Below, in pieces: positions 29,114-37,964 of a DNA stretch of 64,000 nucleotides (its first letter is position 1; each line of letters opens with the position of its first letter). The notes under the pieces are model-generated. The model was not told the origin of the DNA. It saw nothing but the letters and a program-made list of their open reading frames with translations, and ran no database searches. This DNA comes from a bacterium (lineage in GTDB: Bacteria > Patescibacteriota > Minisyncoccia > Phycocordibacterales > JAKAEA01): positions 2,470-66,469 of the forward strand of contig JAJYGQ010000003.1 in assembly GCA_021785065.1 (NCBI GenBank). The letters run 5' to 3'. Made by a program: the position numbers and the translations under genes.

Positions 29114-29692
29114 TTAAAACGCTTTACCGTTGGCGGCGCGTTCTACATATTCTCCAGTTTCTGTATTGATTCGAATAACCTCTCCTGCTTCAATAAAAAG
29201 AGGGGCATTTAAAACCGTACCATTTTCAAGTTTGATTTGTTTCGAGCCGCCTTTAGCGGTGTCGCCTTTAACTGCCGGCGGTGCTTCAACAACTTTAAGT
29301 TCAACTTTAATGGGAATCTCTACACCGAGCATTTTTTCGCCAAACATAAGAGCGGTAACCAGCGTGTTCGGCTTCAAGAAGCGAACTTTATTGCCCACAA
29401 GCGCTTCGGCAATGGGGAAGCGCTTCGAAGGGTCTTTAGCATCACAAAACCAGTGTTCACCACGGTGGGAGTAGAGATACTTTATCTCCTTTTTTTCAAT
29501 TTCTGCCTCATCGACTTTTTCCGATTGATGGAAAGAAATTTCTTTTATGTTGCCGGTAATAAGGTTGCGGAGTTTCGTAGCATTAACAGGTTTACGCTGT
29601 TGTTTACGGAACACGTGCGAATCAATAACCTCATACGGATCATTTTCATAAATGATAAATTTGCGAACGGTGATTTCGTTATATTCAAGCAT
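29114..29692 (-). CDS. efp: Elongation factor P
   Basis: KLRNLITG, PAVKGDTA, PLFIEAGEVIRINTETGEYVER. Confidence 0.92.
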   Translation of the reverse strand: MLEYNEITVRKFIIYENDPYEVIDSHVFRKQQRKPVNATKLRNLITGNIKEISFHQSEKVDEAEIEKKEIKYLYSHRGEHWFCDAKDPSKRFPIAEALVGNKVRFLKPNTLVTALMFGEKMLGVEIPIKVELKVVEAPPAVKGDTAKGGSKQIKLENGTVLNAPLFIEAGEVIRINTETGEYVERAANGKAF

Positions 29693-29749
29693 AGTAGAAA
29701 GAGTCTACGGGAATTTTGCCAAAAAGGCAACCACTACGATGTCCGCGCG

Positions 29750-30829
29750 CTACTCGTCACTACCACTTTTAACCGCTGCTGCCGCTTGATCTGCTTTGAG
29801 ATTCTCGCGAATTTTTAACAAAATTTCTTCTTCTAGAGATGCGTTTTCTCGTAAGAATGTTCGGCTTGCATCATAGCCGCGGCCGAGTTTTACGTCGTTA
29901 TATTCATACGAAGAACCACTTTTCTTAATAAGCCCCATTTTTTCGCCGAGTGCTAAAATTTCGCCCTCTTTAGAAATACCTTCATTATAAATGAGGTCAA
30001 ATTCAGTCTGCCGGAAAGGCGCCGCAACTTTATTTTTCACTACTTTTACTCGGACGCGGCCGCCGACCACCTCGTCACCTTTTTTAATCTGAGCGATACG
30101 TCGAATATCCATTCGCACCGAAGAGTAGAACTTGAGCGCCTTGCCGCCCGGCGTTGTTTCAGGATTTCCAAACATCACACCGATCTGCATGCGAATCTGG
30201 TTTATAAAAATAACAATGGTTTTCGAGCGAGCGACGATACCGGTGAGTTTGCGTAGCGCTTGCGACATGAGCCGCGCTTGCTTACCTACGTGAATTGCTC
30301 CCATTTCGCCCTCAATCTCATCTTTGGGGGTTAGGGCGGCGACAGAGTCAATAACCACAACATCGAGCTTGCCCGTGCGGACCAGGCTTTCAGCGATTTC
30401 TAACCCTTGCTCGCCGGTATCTGGTTGCGAGATGAGTAGATCGCCGGTTTTAACCCCAAGTTTTGCGGCGTATTCAGGGTCCATAGCGTGTTCAGCGTCG
30501 ATATATGCGCAAACGCCACCTTTTTTTTGAGCTTCTGCGATAACGTGCAACGCCAGGGTCGTCTTACCCGATGATTCCGGTCCAAAAATCTCAACGATTC
30601 TGCCGCGGGGCAAACCTCCAATACCAAGCGCCGCATCAAGCCCAATAGAGCCGGTAGAAATAGCGTCGATATTGACCTTAGGCTTTGCCCCCAAGGTCAT
30701 AATGGCCTCATCGCCAAATTTTGTTTTTATTTGGTCAATGGCTTGGCTAATGGCGGCCGTTGCGTTTTTTGCGTTACTACCACTTTTGACTTCAGATTCG
30801 CGAACTTCTTTTTTACTGGTTTTGGGCAT
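29750..30829 (-). CDS. recA: Recombinase A
   Basis: [41 protein letters not shown]. Confidence 0.98.
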   Translation of the reverse strand: MPKTSKKEVRESEVKSGSNAKNATAAISQAIDQIKTKFGDEAIMTLGAKPKVNIDAISTGSIGLDAALGIGGLPRGRIVEIFGPESSGKTTLALHVIAEAQKKGGVCAYIDAEHAMDPEYAAKLGVKTGDLLISQPDTGEQGLEIAESLVRTGKLDVVVIDSVAALTPKDEIEGEMGAIHVGKQARLMSQALRKLTGIVARSKTIVIFINQIRMQIGVMFGNPETTPGGKALKFYSSVRMDIRRIAQIKKGDEVVGGRVRVKVVKNKVAAPFRQTEFDLIYNEGISKEGEILALGEKMGLIKKSGSSYEYNDVKLGRGYDASRTFLRENASLEEEILLKIRENLKADQAAAAVKSGSDE

Positions 30830-30901
30830 AATAGTGATTGCTATTTTATAATGTTTTCTGAACCATACTACAGAGCTGATAAAATACTCATTAATTTTTT
30901 C

Positions 30902-31261
30902 TTATGTTTTGTTAAAAATTAAATTAAAATGTTTTGAAACTGTTCGGCCAAATTTATCCTGGGCCGTAAGCGTCCAAGCATTATACCCGGGAGAGAGCAG
31001 GAGTTGCTCGTTAAAATTTCCTTGCTGATCGATAAAAATCGGTCTGTCGTTGAGGCTGATAAAAGACACGTTATTAGTTTTACCGGCAATAGTGACGAGG
31101 GGGGAGCCGGTGATGGTCGCGCCATTTTGGGGCGTTACCAAGGAAATTTGTGGCCCCATTAGGATATTTCTTGCTTGGAAGAAACCGTAGCCAACAATAG
31201 CGATGAGAAAAACAATTACAATGCCGGCAACAATTTTCTTTTTATGCAAAAAGATAGCCAT
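30902..31261 (-). CDS. Small membrane-anchored Ig-like protein
   Basis: TM followed by a beta sandwich (P.NG, F.EQLLLSPGYN..TLTAQDKFG). Confidence 0.7.
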   Translation of the reverse strand: MAIFLHKKKIVAGIVIVFLIAIVGYGFFQARNILMGPQISLVTPQNGATITGSPLVTIAGKTNNVSFISLNDRPIFIDQQGNFNEQLLLSPGYNAWTLTAQDKFGRTVSKHFNLIFNKT

Positions 31262-31275
31262 AAAAATCTTCGAGA

Positions 31276-33561
31276 CTACGTTGCCATAGTAGCACGATTT
31301 TCACTTGCCGAGTCATTATCTTCAGGGTCTGCTGCTGCAGTTTCTGTGGCGCTGCTTGCTCCGAGGATTTCTCGTGGTTTGGCACCTTCGCCAGGGCCGA
31401 TAACGCCATGCTCTTCGAGGAGGTCAATGAGACGGGCCGCTCGGGCGTAGCCAATTCGCAGTTTTCGCTGGAGGTATGAAGTTGAGGCTTTTCCGGCCTG
31501 AACAACGGCTTCGCGCGCCTCTTCGTACAATGGATCGCTGTTTTCTTCATCATCGTTGCCGAATGTGGTATCGAAAATAGCGTTCTTATCGGCAGCTGTT
31601 TCGGTAAAGTTGATTTCGGACGGCGGCACGTCGCTATAGGTTTCGACAAAATAATTTACCACGTCCTTCAATTCTGTTTCGGAAATGAATGCTGATTGAA
31701 TACGCTGTGGCTTCGCCATTTCGCCAGACATAAAGAGCATATCTCCAGCGCCCAGCAGTTTTTCGGCGCCGCCAGTATCTAGAATAGTTCTTGAATCTAT
31801 TTGTGATGTAACCTGTAAAGCGACACGTGATGGAATGTTCGCTTTAATAAGACCAGTAATAACATTCACTGATGGTCGCTGCGTTGAAATAACAAGATGA
31901 ATACCCACCGCGCGACTCATTTGGGCTAGACGCACGATGGCTGCTTCTAGTTCACGCGGGTATGCCTGCATCAAATCCGCTAACTCATCAACGACAATAA
32001 CAAGATAGGGCATTGTTTCAGGCAGCTGCTGCTCGTCTTGGTCGTCGGCTTTACCGCTCAATTTTTTGAGCGCCGGGCCAAGGATGTTTTTGTGGTAGGA
32101 CTCAATATCGCGGACTTTTTCTGATTCCAAAACGTCATAACGGCGATCCATTTCTTTAGCGGCCCACTTGAGAGCTAAAATGGCTTTTTTGGGATCAGTA
32201 ATTACTGGCGTGAGGAGATGGGGGATATTGTTGTAGAGTGTTAATTCGACGCGTTTAGGGTCAATCATGATGAATTTCAGATTCTCAGGAGAATTTCGGT
32301 AAAGCAGGGAGGTGAGAATGGCATGAATGGTAACTGACTTTCCGGAACCAGTCGCGCCTGCTATCAAAAGGTGGGGCATCTTCGCCAGGTTTGCGAAGTG
32401 ACTTTTGCCGGATATACCCCGGCCAAGGGCCACCAGGAGGGGTTTGTCAGACGTTTGGAATTCCTCGCCCAATAGAAGGGTGCCGAGGCCAACGGTAGTT
32501 TTTGAACTATTAGGAATTTCGATACCTACCAGCGACTTGCCGGGAATAGGAGCTTCGATGCGCAGCGGGTGTGCGGCCAGAGCCAGGGCAAGATCGTTTT
32601 GTAGACCAACTATGCGCGACAGCTTCACGCCCTCAGCTGGTTTCAAGGCATAGCGAGTCACTGATGGTCCAATAGATATTTCATCCATTTCTACGTTAAT
32701 GCCAAAGTTCTGCAAGGTTCGCTTAATAATATTGGCATTCGCTTTAATATCTCCAACGCCTGGCTTGCCTTTATCTTCCTCAAGAAGGGAAAGAGGCGGG
32801 GGAGTAAAAGTCTTCCCGAGAAATTTTCTGGAACTAACAGCAAATTCATTCGTGTCGTTTTTGGCCATGCCAATAATCTTTTGCCCCTCTGACGGAGTTT
32901 TAGTTTTGGAAGTTTCTTTGGTGGAAATTGTTTCCTCTACCTCAGGCTTTTTCTTTTCAAGAAGGGGATCGGGGATTGCCTCGGCGACCAGTGAATCCAT
33001 CTGGTCTCCATCGTCGGTCATTTCTTTTTCCTCAGAGGTTTTTTTCCAAAAAATAAATTGTCGCCAACCGAGTTGGTTATCGGCGGTAATGATGAGGGCA
33101 ATAAAGGCAATGCCAAAAAGAAAAATGAGGGACGCCCACACGTCAAAAAGTTGAACAAGAGGGTGGGCAATAAGCGAACCGATATAGCCACCCGCTCCCA
33201 TCCCCACCCGATCGTTTTTAAAGATAATGCCGATAATGCCTAAAAAGGCGAGAAGGCTTATCGAGAATGAAACAAGACGAAGCCAGCCAATTCGCTGACG
33301 CCGCAGCGAACTTGCAAACACAATGCCAGTAAAAAAAAGGAATACTGGTACAAAAAAGTATCCAATGCCAAGGAGAAAGGTTAGGGCTATATAGGTTCTA
33401 TCGCCGACAACTCCAGCTTTACCTATAGCTGAAAGAATAAAGAAAAATCCAATAATAAAGCTGGCGATAGCGTAGATGATGCGTAATGTTTCTTGTTGAA
33501 GACCAATGGGTTGTTCTTTCGCGGTCTCGCGAGGAGAGCGTGTTTTTTTCTGTTTTTTCAT
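31276..33561 (-). CDS. ftsK: DNA translocase FtsK
   Basis: Multi-TM N-terminus, PHLLIAGATGSGKS, IDPKRVEL, VDELADLM, gamma domain (STSYLQRKLRIGYARAA). Confidence 0.97.
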   Translation of the reverse strand: MKKQKKTRSPRETAKEQPIGLQQETLRIIYAIASFIIGFFFILSAIGKAGVVGDRTYIALTFLLGIGYFFVPVFLFFTGIVFASSLRRQRIGWLRLVSFSISLLAFLGIIGIIFKNDRVGMGAGGYIGSLIAHPLVQLFDVWASLIFLFGIAFIALIITADNQLGWRQFIFWKKTSEEKEMTDDGDQMDSLVAEAIPDPLLEKKKPEVEETISTKETSKTKTPSEGQKIIGMAKNDTNEFAVSSRKFLGKTFTPPPLSLLEEDKGKPGVGDIKANANIIKRTLQNFGINVEMDEISIGPSVTRYALKPAEGVKLSRIVGLQNDLALALAAHPLRIEAPIPGKSLVGIEIPNSSKTTVGLGTLLLGEEFQTSDKPLLVALGRGISGKSHFANLAKMPHLLIAGATGSGKSVTIHAILTSLLYRNSPENLKFIMIDPKRVELTLYNNIPHLLTPVITDPKKAILALKWAAKEMDRRYDVLESEKVRDIESYHKNILGPALKKLSGKADDQDEQQLPETMPYLVIVVDELADLMQAYPRELEAAIVRLAQMSRAVGIHLVISTQRPSVNVITGLIKANIPSRVALQVTSQIDSRTILDTGGAEKLLGAGDMLFMSGEMAKPQRIQSAFISETELKDVVNYFVETYSDVPPSEINFTETAADKNAIFDTTFGNDDEENSDPLYEEAREAVVQAGKASTSYLQRKLRIGYARAARLIDLLEEHGVIGPGEGAKPREILGASSATETAAADPEDNDSASENRATMAT

Positions 33562-33654
33562 TCGGTTGCTTTAAATAACGTTTATTAAATTATAGCACAC
33601 TAATTTCATAAAGATTTTTGACAAAGAATATAGTAGGTATACTATGTAAAAGTC

Positions 33655-33742
33655 ATAAAAGACACAGTGTCATTGGTTATAAAAGACACAAAAATATGAC
33701 TCACGACAAAAACATAGTTATAAGAGACAGTGTCTTTTATAA
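33655..33742. repeat. ATAAAAGACA direct and inverted repeats around the start of the wHTH gene
   Basis: ATAAAAGACAC at 33655 and 33679; near-perfect palindrome TTATAAGAGACA-G-TGTCTTTTATAA at 33718-33742. Confidence 0.75.
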
Positions 33743-34496
33743 CTCATCTTTTTTCCACAACGACCAAGATTTAATAGAACTTTATAAAAAAATAGAGAGA
33801 ATTTGCGGTGCCGTTTTTTTAGTAACAAGTTTTACGGGAGATACAAATATAATCAAAAAGACAATACAAGAGGCAGCATTGTTGACTTTTAAATCCTGCT
33901 CAAATCTAGTTTTGGGTACGAACATTAACTCTCAAAGGCTCAAGGAGGTGTACGTTAATCTCACCATTCTTTATGCACACCTAGATAGCGCCTTTTGGTC
34001 GGGAGTTTTATCTCAGATGAATACCTCAATTATTCAAAAAGAAATTCAAAATATTATTGCCCTAGTATCAAAATTAGATTCTAAATATAAAGATCAAAGT
34101 AATCCAAAAAATTCATTTCTTACCTTAGTTGAAAAAACAATTCCGAGCGCTACTGGGGAAAATGCCTTTTCTCAAAATATACCCAAAACAGAAGACCATA
34201 TAAAGGACAACATAAAGGACAATATAAAAGACACAACAAAAGACACAAAGGACACTATAAAAGACAAAAATAAAGGACATACTATAAAAAGTCCTTTAAG
34301 TATTAATCATAAGGATAGAACAGATAAGATTAAGTTTATTCTAAGGGATTTTAAGCAAAGAACTATAAAGGACATATCATCACTTTTTCCTGATGTGAGC
34401 GAAAAAACCATCCAACGAGAAATAAATCGCCTTATCGATGAAGGTATTGTTAAGAGGATCGGCGATAGGCGCTGGAGTAGCTATACTCTCGCTTAA
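33696..34496 (+). CDS. Protein with helical N-domain, KD-repeat linker and C-terminal DeoR-like winged HTH
   Basis: C-terminal TIKDISSLFPDVSEKTIQREINRLIDEGIVKRIGDRRWSSY; N-terminal LYKKIERICGAVFLVT helical bundle. Confidence 0.75.
   Translation: MTHDKNIVIRDSVFYNSSFFHNDQDLIELYKKIERICGAVFLVTSFTGDTNIIKKTIQEAALLTFKSCSNLVLGTNINSQRLKEVYVNLTILYAHLDSAFWSGVLSQMNTSIIQKEIQNIIALVSKLDSKYKDQSNPKNSFLTLVEKTIPSATGENAFSQNIPKTEDHIKDNIKDNIKDTTKDTKDTIKDKNKGHTIKSPLSINHKDRTDKIKFILRDFKQRTIKDISSLFPDVSEKTIQREINRLIDEGIVKRIGDRRWSSYTLA
34198..34298 (+). repeat. Iteron-like tandem array of (AT)AAARGACA inside the wHTH gene
   Basis: GACA cores at 34206, 34218, 34230, 34242, 34251, 34263, 34276; inverted GTCCTTTA at 34291. 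Confidence 0.8.
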
Positions 34497-34659
34497 TATT
34501 TTGCTTTAAATTCTGTTACTTTTGCATAGGTAAAACGTATTAATTTGTAGAGCAGCCTTCAAGGGAGAATGATTGACTTTTCCATATAAATATGGAAATA
34601 TGATGAGGTAACGGAGTTATCCCCAGAAATGCTGTTTTTTAAGGGTTTCCGTTGCGATA

Positions 34660-35031
34660 TACTGCCGACAGTCGGAAAGATCTGGCGGCTTTTGTCTCAC
34701 CTACGCAGAACGATTGGCCATTGAAAATTTCATAGCGTTGCGTAAGTAAAATCAATTTCTGAATTCAGTAATTGTTCCGTCGGCGCTTCAGGCGCCCTTC
34801 TGTATTTTCTGAAACGCAGACCTACTCTTATTAACTATTTTTCATCTTGTGTCGATAAACAAAAGATGGAATATAGTGCAAAGAAAACCGACCACTCTTT
34901 TTCGACTTTTAGGAATGGTTGGTTAACGTCAATAGACTTTTAATGTCGATTAGAGTCTGTTGATGTAAACAAAGTCGAAATTATTAGTCGCATTTTGCGG
35001 TTATTAAAATAATATTATTTATTAAATTCTT
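34660..35031 (+). ncRNA. Putative long structured 5' leader of the S-layer-like gene
   Basis: Consecutive hairpins with G-U pairs on the + strand and recurring (G)UCG(A) loops within a 535-bp intergenic region. Confidence 0.55.
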
Positions 35032-37023
35032 ATGACTTCACGAAAAATTCTCGTTGGAGCTTTAGGTGTTGCGACAGTTTTGTCGCTCGTTGGCGTTGCT
35101 GCTATCACAGCTTCTGCTGCTACGACTTCCACCTACAACTTCACGCGAAACTTAACTGTTGGTTCAACCGGTGCTGATGTCACCGCGCTCCAGCAGTTTC
35201 TTGCTCAGGAGGGATTCCTCACAGTGACTCCGACCGGTTACTTCGGTCCTATCACTAAGAAGGCTGTTGCCGCTTGGCAAGCTAGCATTGGTTTACCATC
35301 ATATGGTTTCTTCGGTGCTATGTCTCGCGCTGCGATCGCCTCATCGGCTTCCGTAAGCACGACCTCAACACCTGGTTGCCCGGCCGGCGCTCTGTATAAC
35401 ACACAGACTGGCGCTCCGTGCACCGCCCCTGTTACCACTTCGACCCCTGGTTGCCCAGCTGGCGCTGTGTTCAATTACATGACTGGCGCTCGATGTGCTA
35501 CTACCACGACTTCTACAACTGGTTCTGGCTCTAACGTTGTTTGCCCAGTTGGCTGGACGTGTACAGGTCCTACTGGCGGCACAACCACCAGCATTAGCAC
35601 CCCAGGTCAAATTGGTAGCATTGCTATCACTGCTCAGTCTTCACCGAACAACACCACGGTCTACCAAGGCCAATCATATGATGTTGCTCGCTACAAGCTC
35701 CAAGCAATTGGCGCTTCAGACATGGGTGTCCAGGATCTTGTTCTCTACTTCAACAATCGACCTTGGCTCTATGCTAATTCGATCACCATTCACGATGATT
35801 CCGGTAATACTATCGCCCAAGTTAATAACTTGAGCGCCAGCAACTTTACTGAGATCACTGTCGGTAGCGATTACAGCATCGACATTCCTCTCAATAACTT
35901 TGTTGTACCGGCCGCTCAGACCAAGTACCTCACCGTTAATATGAGCTTCTCGCCTGTTTCTAACCAAACAAGCAATCTCGTAATCTCGGAAGCTCAAGTT
36001 CGTGCCGTTGATGGTACTGGCGTAGCTACTACAGTAGCTGACAATACAAATATTACGATTGACTATAGTACCAACAACGCTGGTTCAGTTATTGTGACCA
36101 CAGATAGCTCATCGCCACAAACTGGTAACGTTCAGATTTCTACGAGCAATACCACTACTGGTGTTCCTCTAGCTGTCTACGACATCAAGTCGCAGTCTGT
36201 TTCTTCAACGCTTAACGCGTTGACCATTGGTTTGCAGACGAGCAACAGTGCTCACACTGTCTCGCCATCAACTCTGTTTAACAACGTGAAGATGACAGTC
36301 AATGGTACGACATACAGTGCCAATGACTTCACAGCTAGTACGACTGGTACTAACGGTGTTTACAACGGTACTGCTGTATTCAACAACATATCAGTTCCGT
36401 TGCCTGCTGACACTTATGTACCAATTGTTATCTCGGGTGATGTTGCTGCTGACACCAACTCTACGCTTGATGGCACTCTCGCTTCCACGACCTTCGCCGT
36501 TGCTAGTGAATCTAACCCGTATGTTGTAAACTCAGCGTATAGCAAGCTCACATCCAACAACGCGGTGTTTACCAGCAATCCCCAGTTCTTCACAGCTTCA
36601 AGCGTGACAGCTGGTGGTTTGGCAACAGCGTACGGTACTAAGTCTGCTATCAATAGCAACTCTAGCACCTCTACACAGCAGTACACCTTTACCTTCAACC
36701 TTACTGCTGGTAACAATCCGATCTACATCTCGAAGACTGTCGGCACAGCTTTGACACTTTCGTCAATTCCGTCCGGCTTTACCAATTCGAGCGTTGTGTT
36801 CTCGGATAACAACACCAACGGTGATGGTTCGAGTTACTTCTACCTCTCACCAGGTCAAACAAAGACCTTCACCGCTACGTATCAGGCTACTGCTCTGACT
36901 ACGGACTCAGGTGTAATCCAGGTAAACGCTATCAACTACGGTACAGAGTCCACAGCTCTCAGCAGCGCTTCTCTATCCTCATCGGCTATCTCGAACGCTC
37001 TGCAAGCTGTTCTGTTCCACTAG
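35032..37023 (+). CDS. S-layer-like/major surface protein with peptidoglycan-binding domain and Cys-containing repeats
   Basis: Signal peptide; RNLTVGSTGADVTALQQFL..GYFGPITKKAVAAWQ; two PGCPAGA.xN..TGA.C repeats; S/T/N-rich body; codon choice (AAC/TTC/ATC/GGT) typical of high expression. Confidence 0.75.
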   Translation: MTSRKILVGALGVATVLSLVGVAAITASAATTSTYNFTRNLTVGSTGADVTALQQFLAQEGFLTVTPTGYFGPITKKAVAAWQASIGLPSYGFFGAMSRAAIASSASVSTTSTPGCPAGALYNTQTGAPCTAPVTTSTPGCPAGAVFNYMTGARCATTTTSTTGSGSNVVCPVGWTCTGPTGGTTTSISTPGQIGSIAITAQSSPNNTTVYQGQSYDVARYKLQAIGASDMGVQDLVLYFNNRPWLYANSITIHDDSGNTIAQVNNLSASNFTEITVGSDYSIDIPLNNFVVPAAQTKYLTVNMSFSPVSNQTSNLVISEAQVRAVDGTGVATTVADNTNITIDYSTNNAGSVIVTTDSSSPQTGNVQISTSNTTTGVPLAVYDIKSQSVSSTLNALTIGLQTSNSAHTVSPSTLFNNVKMTVNGTTYSANDFTASTTGTNGVYNGTAVFNNISVPLPADTYVPIVISGDVAADTNSTLDGTLASTTFAVASESNPYVVNSAYSKLTSNNAVFTSNPQFFTASSVTAGGLATAYGTKSAINSNSSTSTQQYTFTFNLTAGNNPIYISKTVGTALTLSSIPSGFTNSSVVFSDNNTNGDGSSYFYLSPGQTKTFTATYQATALTTDSGVIQVNAINYGTESTALSSASLSSSAISNALQAVLFH

Positions 37024-37088
37024 TTTGATCTAAGCCACTTGTGAACCTTGTTTAATTAGCTTCGGTTAGTTAAAGAGGTTGGCTAAAC

Positions 37089-37117
37089 AAAAGCCCGATC
37101 CAAAAGGTCGGGCTTTT
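37089..37117. terminator. Bidirectional intrinsic terminator
   Basis: AAAAGCCCGATC-CAAAA-GGTCGGGCTTTT between convergent genes. Confidence 0.8.
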
Positions 37118-37163
37118 GTGTTGGTTGGATTTTGTTGGGGTAATCGGTTTTTACTTTTGCCGT

Positions 37164-37820
37164 CTATTTTTTTGCAGAGAAAATATAGCCGAGAGGATAG
37201 CGGGCGGCGGCGGCTGGGCGGAGTTTGAGAAATACTTTATCGAGGAGAGCGTAAAAGGGGAAAAGGATAACGCGGCAGAGGCGGGGCATAGAGAGAATAA
37301 TGTTATTGAAATTTACAAAAAAGGGTCCGCCGCCAACGCCCGCAACAGAAATATCACTAAAACCAGCCTCGGAGAGGATGAGCGGCAGAGATTCTTTGGT
37401 GTAGCGGAAGTAGTCGTGCGGGTCGGGGTGATAATTAACGAGAAATGGCACGAAGCCATATAGCTGTCCGCCTGGTTTTAGGATGCGACACATTTCACTG
37501 GTTAGAAAGTCGTGGTGATAGATATGCTCTAAGACATTGGCGCAGATAACTGTGTCAGCAGTGCCATCGGGGAAGGGTAGAGCGTCTTTTTCAAAATTAA
37601 TATTCGAAATTGAGCCGTCGATGGGTTTTATGGAAACCGCGCCCAGAGACTCGTCTTTTTTAAAGTAATTAAAATAGTCTGGCCGCCGGCCGCCGCCAAC
37701 GTCTACCACAGTGCCTCGTAAGGTGTAGTGCGAAAAAGCTTTGTCCATCAAAATGCGGGCGAGCGTTTGGCCGCGCCATATTCGTTTCAAGAAATAAGGA
37801 GCCATCATACGGTGCATCAT
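37164..37820 (-). CDS. Class I SAM-dependent methyltransferase (type 11-like)
   Basis: VVDVGGG, LPFPDGTADTVICANVLEH, RILKPGG, HPDPHDYFRYT; start uncertain. Confidence 0.85.
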   Translation of the reverse strand: MMHRMMAPYFLKRIWRGQTLARILMDKAFSHYTLRGTVVDVGGGRRPDYFNYFKKDESLGAVSIKPIDGSISNINFEKDALPFPDGTADTVICANVLEHIYHHDFLTSEMCRILKPGGQLYGFVPFLVNYHPDPHDYFRYTKESLPLILSEAGFSDISVAGVGGGPFFVNFNNIILSMPRLCRVILFPFYALLDKVFLKLRPAAAARYPLGYIFSAKK

Positions 37821-37964
37821 TTATACCAAATTGAGCGAGGTTTTTCTAGCGGCTTGTGCACCGGCGCTTGTGTTCTGAACAATCTTGTATTCTCGTGCTG
37901 GATTTTAAAGAAATTTTAATTTTACATAATGAGAATTTTAACAACGAGAGCGTAGACTGCGAGT

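Noticed and set aside
11810-33243. Long antisense or out-of-frame ORFs over housekeeping genes (e.g. 12718-13533, 14490-15047, 16644-17231, 29237-29818)
   Set aside because: Typical shadows of well-supported genes
34198-34298. Short repeat array as a CRISPR or simple microsatellite
   Set aside because: Units are 9-13 nt with no unique spacers; dispersed and inverted copies argue against pure slippage
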